This document shows positions 1 through 12,686 of a stretch of 64,000 bases of DNA, one piece after another. Under the pieces are notes generated by a model, which was given only the letters and a program-made list of their open reading frames with translations, was not told the origin of the DNA and made no database searches. This DNA comes from Macrostomum lignano (taxonomy: Eukaryota). Position numbers and translations under genes: made by a program. Location of the stretch: positions 24,451 to 88,450 of the forward strand of contig NIVC01002995.1 in the NCBI GenBank assembly GCA_002269645.1, read 5' to 3'. Position 1 is the stretch's first letter. Each line of letters begins with the position of its first letter.

Positions 1-414
1 TGGATGGCGACAAGTTTGCACACGATGGTCCTTTGGATGGCGACAGGTTACACACGATGGTCCTTTAGGTGAGGACAGGTTACACACGATGGTCCTTTGG
101 GTGGCGACAGGTTACACACGATGGTCCTTTGGATGGCGACAGGTTACACACGATGGTCCTTTGGGTGAGGACAGGTTACACACGATGGTCCTTTGGGTGG
201 CGACAGGTTACACACGATGGTCCTTTGGGTGAGGACAGGTTACACACGATGGTCCTTTGGATGGCGACAAGTTTGCACACGATGGTCCTTTGGATGGCGA
301 CAGGTTACACACGATGGTCCTTTGGGTGAGGACAGGTTACACACGATGGTCCTTTGGGTGAGGACAGGTTACACACGATGGTCCTTTGGGTGAGGACAGG
401 TTACACACGATGGT
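1..414. repeat. Minisatellite, 32-33 bp unit (tggatggcgacaggttacacacgatggtcctt), truncated by window start
   Basis: About 13 near-identical tandem units read directly. Confidence 0.95.
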
Positions 415-891
415 CTAGCAGCTTCTAGTTCCTGTCTGGGATTATCTCAGCAAATCTACAATTAAATTCAGGCCTTTTTTGTTTTGAATCGTTGCTGATA
501 TCATAATCTTCTTAAATCACAAAAAACTCTGGTACGTGCTTTTAGAAGCAGAAGACGGACTTGAGAGTTGTACGCAAGATTAACTGCATGCTTTTCAAGT
601 GTTGGATTATCAAGAATCGGTGGAGGCTGAGTGAGTGACTTGATGGCACCTCGTCTCCAATGGACAATTCAAATTTTCTAACTTGCTTTTTTCGCGCGGT
701 TCCGTAGTTAAACGAATTCGTGATGCCGAGTTTGCTAAAGCAGATTATGCAGTTCGCACTGGTGGTGCCTGCTTTTTTAATTGCATTTCTATTTATCCGC
801 TGAGTGCGAGTAGGGAACGGGCTGTATACTAGGGATTTGAGTGAAGACTCGGGACAGGGCTGCTTTGGAAATACAACTGAACTCAAGCTAC

Positions 892-1920
892 CACAATGAT
901 TTAGTGACCTCCAATGATTCAGTGACCTCCAATGATTCAGTGACCTACAATGATTCAGTGACCTACAATGATTCAGTGACCACCCACTCCAATGATTCAG
1001 TGACCTCCAATGATTCAGTGACCACCTACTCCAATGATTCAGTGACCTACAAAACTCAGTGACCACCTACTCCAATGATTCAGTGACCTGCTCCAATGAT
1101 TCAGTGACCACCTACTCCAATGATTCAGTGACCACCTACTCCAATGATTCAGTGACCACCTACTCCAATGATTCGGTCACCTACTCCAATGATTCAGTGA
1201 CCTATAGAACTCAGTGACCACCTACTCCAATGATTCAGTGACCTATAGAACTCAGTGACCACCCACTCCAATGATTCAGTGACCTAAAAAACTCAGTGAC
1301 CACCTACTCCAATGATTCAGTGACCTATAGAACTCAGTGACCACCCACTCCAATGATTCAGTGACCTAAAAAACTCAGTGACCACCTACTCCAATGATTC
1401 AGTGACCTATAGAACTCAGTGACCACCTACTCCAATGATTCAGTGACCTATAGAACTCAGTGACCACCCACTCCAATGATTCAGTGACCTAAAAAACTCA
1501 GTGACCACCTACTCCAATGATTCAGTGACCTATAGAACTCAGTGACCACCTACTCCAATGATTCAGTGACCTATAGAACTCAGTGACCACCTACTCCAAT
1601 GATTCAGTGACCTATAGAACTCAGTGACCACCTACTCCAATGATTCAGTGACCTATAGAACTCAGTGACCACCTACTCCAATGATTCAGTGACCTAAAAA
1701 ACTCTGACCACCTACTCCAATGATTCAGTGACCTATAGAACTCAGTGACCACCTACTCCAATGATTCAGTGACCTAAAAAACTCAGTGACCACCTACTCT
1801 AATGATTCAGTGACCTAAAAAACTCAGTGACCACCTACTCCAATGATTCAGTGACCTATAGAACTCAGTGACCACCTACTCCAATGATTCAGTGACCTGC
1901 TCCAATGATTCAGTGACCTA
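892..1920. repeat. Minisatellite with 18-24 bp subunits forming a 41 bp higher-order unit (ctccaatgattcagtgacctatagaactcagtgaccaccta)
   Basis: Direct tandem periodicity. Confidence 0.95.
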
Positions 1921-2529
1921 ACACTAATGCTCAAGCACATCCGCATGCTCAAGTATAATAACCAAGGAAAGCACAGAAATCCTTAATGACATTGCATATA
2001 TTAGTGTAACAGAATCAGCGCTTAAACAATTACAGTGGCGTTAAATATCAATAAAACAATTTGTCGTAAATTCCACACATTTTAAGTACATGTACAGGGG
2101 CTTCGTTCTGGTCAATGTATTCGTAACATTGGATGCTTCCATAGGGTTGCTTCAATGGATGAGTCACTAACGTAAAAGTGCACGATACGGTACATCGAAT
2201 TCCGATAAAAAATGTTCATTGATCAGCGTTACGCAATGTTGATAATAAGAAATGTGACCAAAGCTCTCGACCAACGTTCGGGCAGCTCGCGCTCGGTGGC
2301 ATCGGTCTGCTGCGCCTTTAACCGAAGTTGACAGCGGTCACTGGCGAGGGCGACTGGGAGCTGAAGGGTTGGGATGCGGGGCATGCTTTAAATTCAATAT
2401 TCTATATACTATTTCGATCACGGAAATTCATGCACGAAGATCTTGCAACACTGTTTGACGCGCGGTCTGAAATTCAGGGCCGCTGTACACTTTGCGGCAG
2501 AGTCAGACGCCCAATTAACTTCAACTCAC

Positions 2530-2945
2530 CAAAGCTGCGCCTCGCCGTTGCCAGCGGACTGGCAAAGACTCTGCGCGAGAAACCGGCTGCCCGGCTGAGG
2601 CAGCGTCTTCTGCGACCTCCTGCGGGAGAATCAGCAACAGCAAGATCTTTTTGCGCTTCAGGAAGCAAATTCTGTGATCTGGGATCGGCCTTCAAAAATT
2701 TGCGAGTCCCCAGAAAGAGACTCACCTGGACGAGCCGAGGTTCTCGCAGTCAGTCAGCCTGACGGACAGGTCCAACGGCTCCGGGGCCCTGCTGGCACCC
2801 GCCGGTGGCTCCGGAATCGGCGAAGAAGTCGAATCCGCAGTCGGTGGCGAGGCGTCGCCCATAAGGGCCGACACGCTGAAGTCTTTGTTCGGCTGTCGAC
2901 GAGCTCGAACGTCGGAGTCTTGCAACGGAGGAGGAGGAGGCGGCG

Positions 2946-2977
<32 letters not shown>

Positions 2978-4698
2978 AGCCGAGGGAAGCCGAGCGGCGG
3001 CAGGCGGGCCGGTGGGTGCGGAAACGGCGGCAGCGGGCGGATTCCAGCGTGGTACTGCGGCAGCGGCGGTGGCGGCGGCGGCGGTGGCAGATGCGGCGAT
3101 GCCGAGAAGCCGTTGAAGGGGCGCGGCAGTCCGTAGCGCAGCAGCGAGTTGTAATAGTGAAGCGGCGAGCAGGCGAAGTCGAAGCCGCCGCTGCCACCGC
3201 CGACTCGACCGCCGCCTTGGAACATCGGCAGGAGGGCGGCGGCCGCGAAGTCCTGGGCCGCCGAGTGGCTGACGATGCCTCCGCCTACGGCGGCAGCTGC
3301 GGCTGCCGCGGCGGCTGCGGCGAAGCCGGGTGACCGCCGCCGCTGGTCGCGGAAACAGCCGCGGCGACACCGCGCCGGTCTTCTTCGTCCAACTGGTGAC
3401 TGTGATGCAGCATGGGATGCTGCGACTGGCCGCCTCCCGTCTGTCTCTGCAGGCCGCAGTTCTTCGGCTTGCTGCCAGGCGCCGCGCACCTCGGCGGCGA
3501 TTCCCCATGATGGCCTCCGCCGCCGCCGCCGCCTCCACCGCCTCCGCTACCGGAGGAGCCGGACTTGATCAGCTTGCCGACAGCTGCGATGGGGCAGCCG
3601 GAGAGGCTGCGGTGCGACGACCGATTGCCGTTCACGTGACCGCGCCCCGTGCAGCCGATGGTGGGGCAGCGAAGGACCGTGTGCTGCAGGCCTAGCACTG
3701 CCGGGTGAGGGAGGATTCGAGGGGCTGATGAGGCAGCTGAGTGAGGATGTGGGAGATTGATGAGGCTGCTGAGTGAGGAGGTGGGAGATTGATGAGGCAG
3801 CTGAGTGAGGAGGTGGGAGATTGATGAGGCAGCTGAGTGAGGAGGTGGGAGATTGATTGGGCAGCTGAGTGAGGAGGTGGGAGATTGATTGGGCAGCTGA
3901 GTGAGGATGTGGGAGATTGATGAGGCTGCTGAGTGAGGAGGGGGGAGATTGATGAGGCTGCTGAGTGAGGAGGGGGGGGATTGATGAGGCTGCTGAGTGA
4001 GGATGTGGGAGATTGATTGGGCAGCTGAGTGAGGAGGTGGGAGATTGATGAGGCAGCTGAGTGAGGAGGTGGGAGATTGATGAGGCAGCTGAGTGAGGAG
4101 GGGGGAGATTGATGAGGCAGCTGAGTGAGGAGGGGGGAGATTGATGAGGCTGCTGAATAAGGAGGGGGGAGATTGATGAGGCTGCTGAGTGAGGAGGGGG
4201 GAGATTGATGAGGCTGCTGAATGAGGAGGGGGGAGATTGATGAGGCTGCTGAGTGAGGAGGGGGGAGATTGATGAGGCTGCTGAGTGAGGAGGTGGGTCA
4301 TGGGTAAATCAAAAAAACTTCAACATCAGCGCTAACTCACACTCCGCAGTGTATTTGCTCTTCCTCGGGCAGCCGCTGAGGCTCCTGTGATGGGAGTAGA
4401 GGCCGGTCACGTGACCCGTGCCGTCGCAGTCGGGGTTCGGGCACTTGCTCTGGCCCGCCTTGCCGGCGCCGTCTTCGCTGTCGGCTGACAGAGGCGGCGG
4501 CAGCAGCGGCCCCTGCAGCTGGTGGTGAAAGTGGCGCTTCCGGTTGCTGCCGGGCGCCTGTGGCTGCTTCCGCTGCTGTTGAAGAGGCGACCGGGAGCGG
4601 GACCGGCTGAGCTGCCGCTCTGGTGCCGGCGGCAGCAGCGGCGGCGGCGTCGGCGGTGGCGACTGCGGCAGCGGCGACTGCAGGGGACTAGACGGCAT
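2530..4698 (-). CDS. MYT1: Myt1/ST18-family C2HC zinc-finger transcription factor; exons 4341-4698 (acceptor at 4727-4729 would extend the exon to 4726), 2726-3697 (apparent 1-nt frameshift near 3328-3330), tentative 2530-2619; 5' and 3' ends uncertain
   Basis: Two canonical fingers, [26 protein letters not shown] and [27 protein letters not shown] phase-1 GTGAGT...CAG intron (3698-4340) joins them in frame as [14 protein letters not shown]. The downstream frame carries FSVSALM and PLDLS motifs and ends at CAG|GTGAGT (2725). The 90-nt exon 2530-2619 has a CTGAT/pyrimidine/CAG acceptor and a GTGAGT donor but no homology support. Confidence 0.88.
3726..4297. repeat. 32 bp minisatellite filling the Myt1-like intron
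   Basis: Unit tgaggctgctgagtgaggaggtgggagattga, about 18 copies. Confidence 0.95.
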
Positions 4699-4744
4699 TG
4701 ACAGGCTGCTCCTCTGGGGTGGGCACCTGAAGTGATGGGGGCTC

Positions 4745-5060
<316 letters not shown>

Positions 5061-6141
5061 CTTTATGTCTGTCGCTCTCACCTCTGCAATCCTTTGTTGT
5101 AGACTGAGACGTCCTCAGCTTCCATAGAGCTCCACATTTGGTCCCTGGTGGGATAAGGAATAAACTTCGGGGAAGTGAAGTCAGGGTCTTCTAACCAGAT
5201 TTTCTCGAAAGAAACTTTGCGGCAGGGCTGGGAAATAATCTGGAGGAAAACTAGTTTTACTTACTTTTTTCCCGTTTCCTCCCCAGACCGCGGAGGCTGG
5301 GGTGGGTGCGATCCCCAACTCGAATCCCATTGGCTGTGCAGCGGCTGACGGGTTCGCCTCCTCCCCCGCAACCCGTGTTTGAGTCCTGCTCAAACTTGAG
5401 TATTGCCCATTCTGGGAGTGAAGCAATGATAGCGGCGGATAATGCTTATTGGGATTTGAATCCTTCTGATCCGTCTGCTTTCGTAGTTCGCTCCCAGCTC
5501 CCTGGACTTGTGGAGTTCCAAAGTGGAAATGAAATCATTACCTGGGGAAGCTCCGGTGTCTGACGTTGTCTGCGCCTCATTCACTCCTTATTGTCAGATC
5601 TGTAGCTTCTTCATATTCTTCTTTTCTTCAAAGCAATTTGTCGTCGAAAAAGCAGCCGTGGGAGCTGGGAAGATTGCAAGTGCCGTCACGCAAAGCGACT
5701 CGACATGGAATTGATAGCGGGGCTGTTGAAGCCCCTGATCCGCTGCGTCACGGCAGCCAGTCTCAATTCTAGTTCGACGTTTTCGAAAGCTTCTTTTCTC
5801 TCTCTGTAGTCAGCTTCTTTGTTGGCGCTCTTCCAGGCTGGGTCGTAAGAGTTGACTGCTTGCTTTTTAGCGAAGCAGAGCAGTGGGGAAAGTTTGTCTT
5901 ATCCCAGTGTGCCCCTCCCTGCCAACCTAAGCACAGCTCAGATTAACTGGGCTTGGCAACGGAGTTCAACCGGCTACAAAGGCGGACTGTGCTCGCGATA
6001 GTTGAGCTTAAATTGCATTTTTGTTGCATGCTCTTGTAGATTCTTTCAACTTTCACATGCCCGTCGTTATGAAGAGTGGCCGCTCTGCAAGCTTTCACAT
6101 TGGAGCGCTGAATGTTATTGCGGCTGTCATGTGATCCACTT

Positions 6142-7145
6142 GGGTGGCGCTGTGTGAATGGATATGGCGTTGTGTGAATGGAGGTGGCGCTGTGTGAATT
6201 GAGGAATCGCTGTGGGAATGGTTGGAGCGCTGTGTGAATTGCGGTGGCGCTGTGTGAATAAAAGAGGCATTTTGTGAATTGAAGAGGCGCTGTGTGAATT
6301 GGGGTGGTGCTGTGGGAATGGAGGTGGTGCTGTGTCAATGGATAGGGCGCTGTGTGAATTGAGGAATCACTGTGTCAATGGTTGGATCGCTGTGTGAATT
6401 GCGGTGGCGCTGTGTGAATGGAGGTGGCGCTGTGTGAATGGAGGTGGTGCTGTGTCAATGGATAGGGCACTGTGTGAATTGAGGAATCACTGTGTCAATG
6501 GTTGGATCGCTGTGTGAATTGCGGTGGCGCTGTGTGAATGGAGGTGGCGCTGTGTGAATAAAAGAGGCATTTTGTGAATTGAAGAGGCGCTGTGTGAATT
6601 GGGGTGGCGCTGTGTGAATCGGGGTGGTACTGTGTGAATGGATATGGCGCTGTGTGAATTGAGGAATCACTGTGTCAATGGTTGGATCGCTGTGTGAATT
6701 GCGGTGGCGCTGTGTGAATTGCGGTGGCACTGTGTGAATTGCGGTGGCGCTGTGTGAATTGCGGTGGCGCTGTGTGAATGGAGGTGGCGCTGTGTGAATA
6801 AAAGAGGCATTTTGTGAATTGAGGAGACGCTGTGTGAATTGGGGTGGCGCTGTGTGAATCGGGGTGGCACTGTGTGAATGGATATGGTGCTGTGTGAATG
6901 GAGGTGGTGCTGTGTGAATTGATAGGGCGCTGTGTGAATTGAGGAATCACTGTGTCAATGGTTGGATCGCTGTGTGAATTGCGGTGGCGCTGTGTGAATT
7001 GCGGTGGCGCTGTGTGAATGGAGGTGGCGCTGTGTGAATGGAGGTGGCGCTGTGTGAATAAAAGAGGCATTTTGTGAATTGAGGAGACGCTGTGTGAATT
7101 GGGGTGGCGCTGTGTGAATCGGGGTGGCACTATGTGAATGGGTGG
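6142..7145. repeat. 20 bp minisatellite (gcggtggcgctgtgtgaatt and variants)
   Basis: About 50 units with block-duplicated variants. Confidence 0.95.
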
Positions 7146-9649
7146 GGCGAATGAACGAATTTCAAATTCGGAGTTGCCATTTTGGATGCAAATGACGACA
7201 AAGTGGCAGGCAAACCTTTGCCCAGAACTGAGCACAGATGCCGCTTCGTAAGAAAGATTCGTGGCTCGAGCAGACAAGAAAGAGAAAGGTAGATAGCAGA
7301 TTTGCCGGATTGTGCGGCTTCCCCGAGTCCGCGCCTCTTCGTGTCTTCTTGTTCACGCAGAGCTGAACTTGGCCTGCGGAAGAAGCCGCAACAAAGGGCT
7401 TTTGTCGACGGCAAGGGCTGGTAATTGCTTCATAGACACCGAATATTGACTGCAAAATCTGGATTTCCCTTCGGGCTTCTTTCCACTTGGCCGCGGAGGA
7501 TTTTGCAGAAATCAATCACTTTCTGTTTCGTTATGTATGGGGTAAATAGAAGCAGAAGATTTGTTGCAAGCAGCGCAGAAGCAAGCAGTGGCACGCTTGG
7601 CCGGCCCCGCGATCCCCGAGTTTGAGTCGGGCACTGCACCACCGAAGTCCTGGCTGGAAATCGATGCGCGCACAATGGGGAAATGCGGTGCGCGTTTCAC
7701 ACTCCACTGAAACATTTCTCTTTCTTTTGCGTTGCTGGCCCATCTAGAGCCGCTCGCATCCGCCATGGCCTACTTTGCATTTTTTAATTCCCCATAATTT
7801 CCCAGCCTTGCAGTTATAAGCTGTTATCGCAGTTCAACAAGCGGCAGCTCCCAGGACCGCCTGATCCCAGTGACAGATTAGGAGCTCAAACTCCGCTCCT
7901 AGTTCACGTGCTCAAGTTTTACAATGTTAAACGAAGCGATCATTCTCTCCCTCATACACATTTCTCAGTCAGGCAGGCCCCTTATTTGTAAGTCCGACAA
8001 AAGCTTATCGGCCCGAAGCACTGGGCCGCCTCTGGAGTCGCCGCTTGAAATTCTCTATGACGCTGTTGGCCTGCGCGAAATGAAATAAAATATTCTGTTT
8101 TTTTAATCCCCTTCTTCCCCTCCTCCCAGTCCGAAAAACTGCTGATGGAATCGGGAGGGCTCTAATCTCCCGCCTCTTCCCTTAACCCCTTTATAGCGGC
8201 CAATATGCATCAGCTTTCACCAGGATATGTAATCCACTTTGCCCAACAGCTTGGCCACTAATGGCCGATCCAGTGAGCTGGCATAAGTCGAGCGCGAGCA
8301 GGCGAACACTGCATTCGGCCAAGGTGTGAAGAGCAAAGCACTGATCCTGCCCGTCCACTGCAGCCATGGCGTTGACAGCTATACCAGGGACTGTGTATGC
8401 AGCCACAGTAATTAGTATATACCCACTCTATAAATGATTCTCGTCTCCAAGGCCCCGCCAGCCTGTCCATCCCATTCCCATTGGGCCAGAACGGAAAACC
8501 CACTCTGATAAAAACGCCTCAACAGTTCCATAGGCCTGCCTGCGTTGTCGAATATCTTTCAATTACGCTGAGCAGCCACTTCAGTGTAGGCGCCTCCCTA
8601 ACCCCAGCGGTGCGAGCACTCGCATGACACTTTTCTGAGAAGATCATTCGAGGAGAAACAGAAAATAGAGTAGGGGGGATGGCACAGAGCAAGCGAAGAG
8701 AAAGGAGACCCCTGCCCGCTTGTCAAAGCAAAGTCACAGCTGAGAGTAATTGCTGTGGAGTGTTTCAACTGCATGGCACCGCCAGAAGGAACCCGAATGA
8801 TCAAAACTGCAATACCAGCTCAACCAGTGCGCTCAACGGGCCGTGCAAAGGAAGGTCTTTGTCCAGCCAATTGGGGGAGAAGGTGTTTTAAGTTTCTGCG
8901 GTCGGTTACAAGGCACGTCCATGCCAGGTGTCACCAGGGGGGGGGGGTGACTCGTGGCTGAGGGAATCCCATCGAGCCTGGGGTTTGGCACGTATCCTCC
9001 CCCAACCCCACAACCCCCAGGTTTTCTGCTTGTTTTTTATTTGAATTCTTCAATCCCGCGTGGAGAAGCAATTTCTGCAACAAACCAACCAGAAGCAAAT
9101 CAATTCGAAATTACATGCTTTATATTTATAACCGAAAATGCGTAAAAGCAGAAGCAAGAGCAACCCTCTTCAGCAAGGAAGCTCAGGTGGCACGGGCTGT
9201 TACTGATCACTGACAAGTGCCCCGCCCCAGTCTCCTCAATCTCAGATCCCCTTCATCACTATTTCACACTTATCCCCATTTATTCTTTGCCCTCGGCGGC
9301 CGTGGCTGCGGAAGGCCCTCAAGCCGGGGCGAGTTTGCGTCTCCCTGCGTTGCGCAAGTTCCGCTCTGCTATTAGGAGCAGCAAGCGGCAGCAGCCTCTC
9401 ATCCTTAACCCGCATCCACTTGTGGCCAGGAGCAGAATGCCGCTGAGGAGCCTTCGAGAGCTGCAACTAGCAGCTGACACCGAGTGCTCAGTTCTGCTTT
9501 TTTCTGTTCCATCTTCTTCTACTCGCTGCTGCGATGGAGTTTCAGCAAGATTGAAACTGTCTGCTTTTTTTGCAGACTGGCACTGCGCACAGATATCTTC
9601 TCGCCTTGGACTTCTGCTTTTGGTCTGGGTGTATGAGGCATGAGCTCTC

Positions 9650-10065
9650 TGCCTTCTCCCCTCTCCCTCTCTGCCCTCCTCTCCCCCTCTCCCTCTCTCC
9701 CATCTCTCCCCTCTCTCCCATCTCTCCCCTCTCTCCCATCTCTCTCTCTCCCATCTCTCTCTCCCCTCTCTCCCCCTCTCCCTCTCTCACATCTCTCCCC
9801 TCTCTCCCATCTCTCTCTCCCCTCTCTCCCCTCTCTCCCTCTCTTCCCTCTCTCCCCTCTCTCACCTCTCTCCCCTCTCTCCCATCTCTCCTCTCCCCTC
9901 TCTCCCCTCTCCCTTCTCTCTCCTCTCTCCCCTCTCTCCCATCTCTCCTCTCTCCCTCTTTCCTCTCCCCTCTCATCCCCCATCTCCCCTCTCCCCTCTC
10001 CCCTCTCTCTTCTCTCTCCCCTCTCCCTCCCCCTCTCTCTTTTCGCTCTCTCCCCTCTCTCCTCT
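9650..10065. repeat. Polypyrimidine CT-rich low-complexity tract
   Basis: ctctcccct-type units. Confidence 0.9.
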
Positions 10066-11199
10066 ACTAGATTTTCTCAAAAGCTAACAAATCTGTTCGG
10101 CCGCAATGGAACCAGACATGAAACTGACCTCAGCAAAGCAGCCCAGCAGCAGGGCTGGGTTATGTCAGATTAAAGTTGACCAGCTTTTTGTAATAAAGCA
10201 AATTCATGCTTCGGTTTCAATTCGCCGGCCATGAAAAAATTGAAATATGCCAAACCAAAAGAAATAGAGAAAGAATCAAATTTCAGCATCAAGATGAAAA
10301 CTGCAGATCTTTTCAGTAGCCAACAATTCCCCCTTTTCGGATTAGCTCTATGTAGCGAAAAAAAGCAGAGATTACTTACTCAAGCTCAGCTAAGAGCTAA
10401 TTCTGTATTCTCAGGTGCGCGTTAAATTCATTCGCTGGCACAAAGAGAAGAGTCGGGACAGATTAAGAAGGCCCCCCCGCTTAGGCATCTGCAGGCCTTC
10501 ATCTTCTCTTCTGCTCGCTTTGAAATTCGACTCTCACAAAGAAGTGACTTGAGAAAATATTCCTGCCGAATATGGAGGGGGGCTCCCGACCGGCTACTTC
10601 CAATGGGTAGGCAAATTTTTGGCTACAGTAATTTTTGAGCAGCGCTGAGCCAAAACAGATGCCTATCTTCTCCATCAAGTCTAATTTCTAAGTATAAACA
10701 GAGTAGGAAAAATAGAGATAAAGACTCCGGAGGAAGGAGGGCCGCCAAGGACATCTGGAATCAAGAGTCTGGACTGGCATCTACTTCCGGGTCCTATATT
10801 CCGTTCGTGGCTCGACAATGAGACAGTCAGCTGGCCGTTGTGCACCCTGGATGAGCGCGTGGCCTGCGTACGTTACCGAATTTCGGTCAGGAGATCTCCT
10901 TGGCTGAGCGAGCTCTCTTCATCGTGAAACAATCTTGATCAGAGCTGGCCTGCCTTCACTCGCTTGGCCAGAGCCTCTTTTCCTGCGTTCGCATTCAATA
11001 TTGAATTCCTATAGGATGATGGCTCTATAGTAACCGAAGATACTGCCCTGCAGTGGAAAGATAGATATGAGGTGAAAAAATCTATGATATTCAAATCCCG
11101 TTTGGCGCTTTTGGCATCTGAAGTTTAGAGCTCGTGAAGCTTAGGGGCATCAACAACATGCACTGTGCACCAGCAACTAACAAAGTTTATGGGCATCAA

Positions 11200-12686
11200 G
11201 CTTATGGGGATCGTGATGTTTGGGGATCGTGAAGTTTGGGGATTATAAAGTTTGGGGATCGGAAAGTTTGGGGATCGTGAAGTTTGGGTATTATAAAGTT
11301 TGGGGATCGGGAAGTTTGGGGATCGTGAAGTTTGGGGATCGTGAAGTTTGGGGATCGTGAAGTTTGGGGATCGTGAAGTTTGGGGATCATGAAGTTTGGG
11401 ATCATGAAGTTTGGTGATCGTGAAGTTTGGGGATCGGGAAGTTTGGTGATCGTGAAGTTTGGGGATCGGGAAGTTTGGGGATTATGAAGTTTGGGGATCG
11501 TGAAGTTTGGGGATCGTGAAGTTTGGGAATCGTGAAGTTTGGGGATCATGAAGTTTGGGATCATGAAGTTTGGTGATCATGAAGTTTGGGGATCGTGAAG
11601 TTTGGGGATCGTGAAGTTTGGGGATCGTGAAGTTTGGGGATCGTGAAGTTTGGGGATCGTGAAGTTTGGGGATTATAAAGTTTGGGGATCGGAAAGTTTG
11701 GGGATCGTGAAGTTTGGGGATTATAAAGTTTGGGGATCGGGAAGTTTGGGGATCGTGAACTTGGGTATTATAAAGTTTGGGGATCGGGAAGTTTGGGGAT
11801 CGTGAAGTTTGGGGATCATGAAGTCTGGGAATCATGAAGTTTGGGATCATGAAGTTTGGGGATCGTGAAGTTTGGGGATTATGAAGTTTGGGGATCGGGA
11901 AGTTTGGTGATCGTGAAGTTTGGGGATCGTGAAGTTTGGGGATCATGAAGTTTGGGATCATGAAGTTTGGTGATCATGAAGTTTGGGGATCGTGAAGTTT
12001 GGGGATCGGGAAGTTTGGGGATCGTGAAGTTTGGGTATTATAAAGTTTGGGGATCGGGAAGTTTGGGGATCGTGAAGTTTGGGGATCATGAAGTCTGGGA
12101 ATCATGAAGTTTGGGATCATGAAGTTTGGGGATCGTGAAGTTTGGGGATCGGGAAGTTTGGTGATCGTGAAGTTTGGGGATCGGGAAGTTTGGGGATTAT
12201 GAAGTTTGGGGATCGTGAAGTTTGGGGATCGTGAAGTTTGGGGATCGTGAAGTTTGGGGATCATGAAGTTTGGGATCATGAAGTTTGGTGATCATGAAGT
12301 TTGGGGATCGTGAAGTTTGGGGATCGTGAAGTTTGGGGATCGTGAAGTTTGAGGATCGTGAAGTTTGGGGATCGTGAAGTTTGGGGATCGTGAAGTTTGG
12401 GGATCGTGAAGTTTGGGGATCGTGAAGTTTGGGGATCGTGAAGTTTGGGGATTATGAAGTTTGGGGATCGGGAAGTTTGGTGATCGTGAAGTTTGGGGAT
12501 CATGAAGTTTGGGGATTATAAAGTTTGGGGGTTGTGAAGTTTGGGGATCATGAAGTTTGGGATAAAAAAGTTTGGGGATCGTGAAGTTTGGGTAATAAAG
12601 TTTGAGGATCATGAAGTTTGGGGATCATGAAGTTTGGGGATCATGAAGTTCGGGATCATGAAGTTTGGGGATCGTGAAGTTTGGGG
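11200..12686. repeat. 16 bp minisatellite (gaagtttggggatcgt)
   Basis: About 90 units. Confidence 0.96.

Noticed and set aside
2674-3695. Overlapping plus-strand and alternate-frame ORFs over Myt1, NR2F, CUB and SLC26 exons (e.g. 52304-53017, 53129-54247)
   Set aside because: Shadow ORFs expected from GC-rich coding sequence with few off-frame stops; Arg/Ala-rich and without recognisable motifs.
6142-7145. Chi-like cores (GCGGTGG/GAGGTGG) in minisatellites
   Set aside because: Imperfect matches, common in G-rich repeats, with no mechanistic relevance supportable here.
7162-7414. Possible degenerate RING finger (HESFLRSGICAQFW...LCRHLHPKW) or Walker A (GEAAQSGKS)
   Set aside because: Cys/His spacing is incomplete, the GxxxxGKS spacing is wrong, and there is no supporting context.
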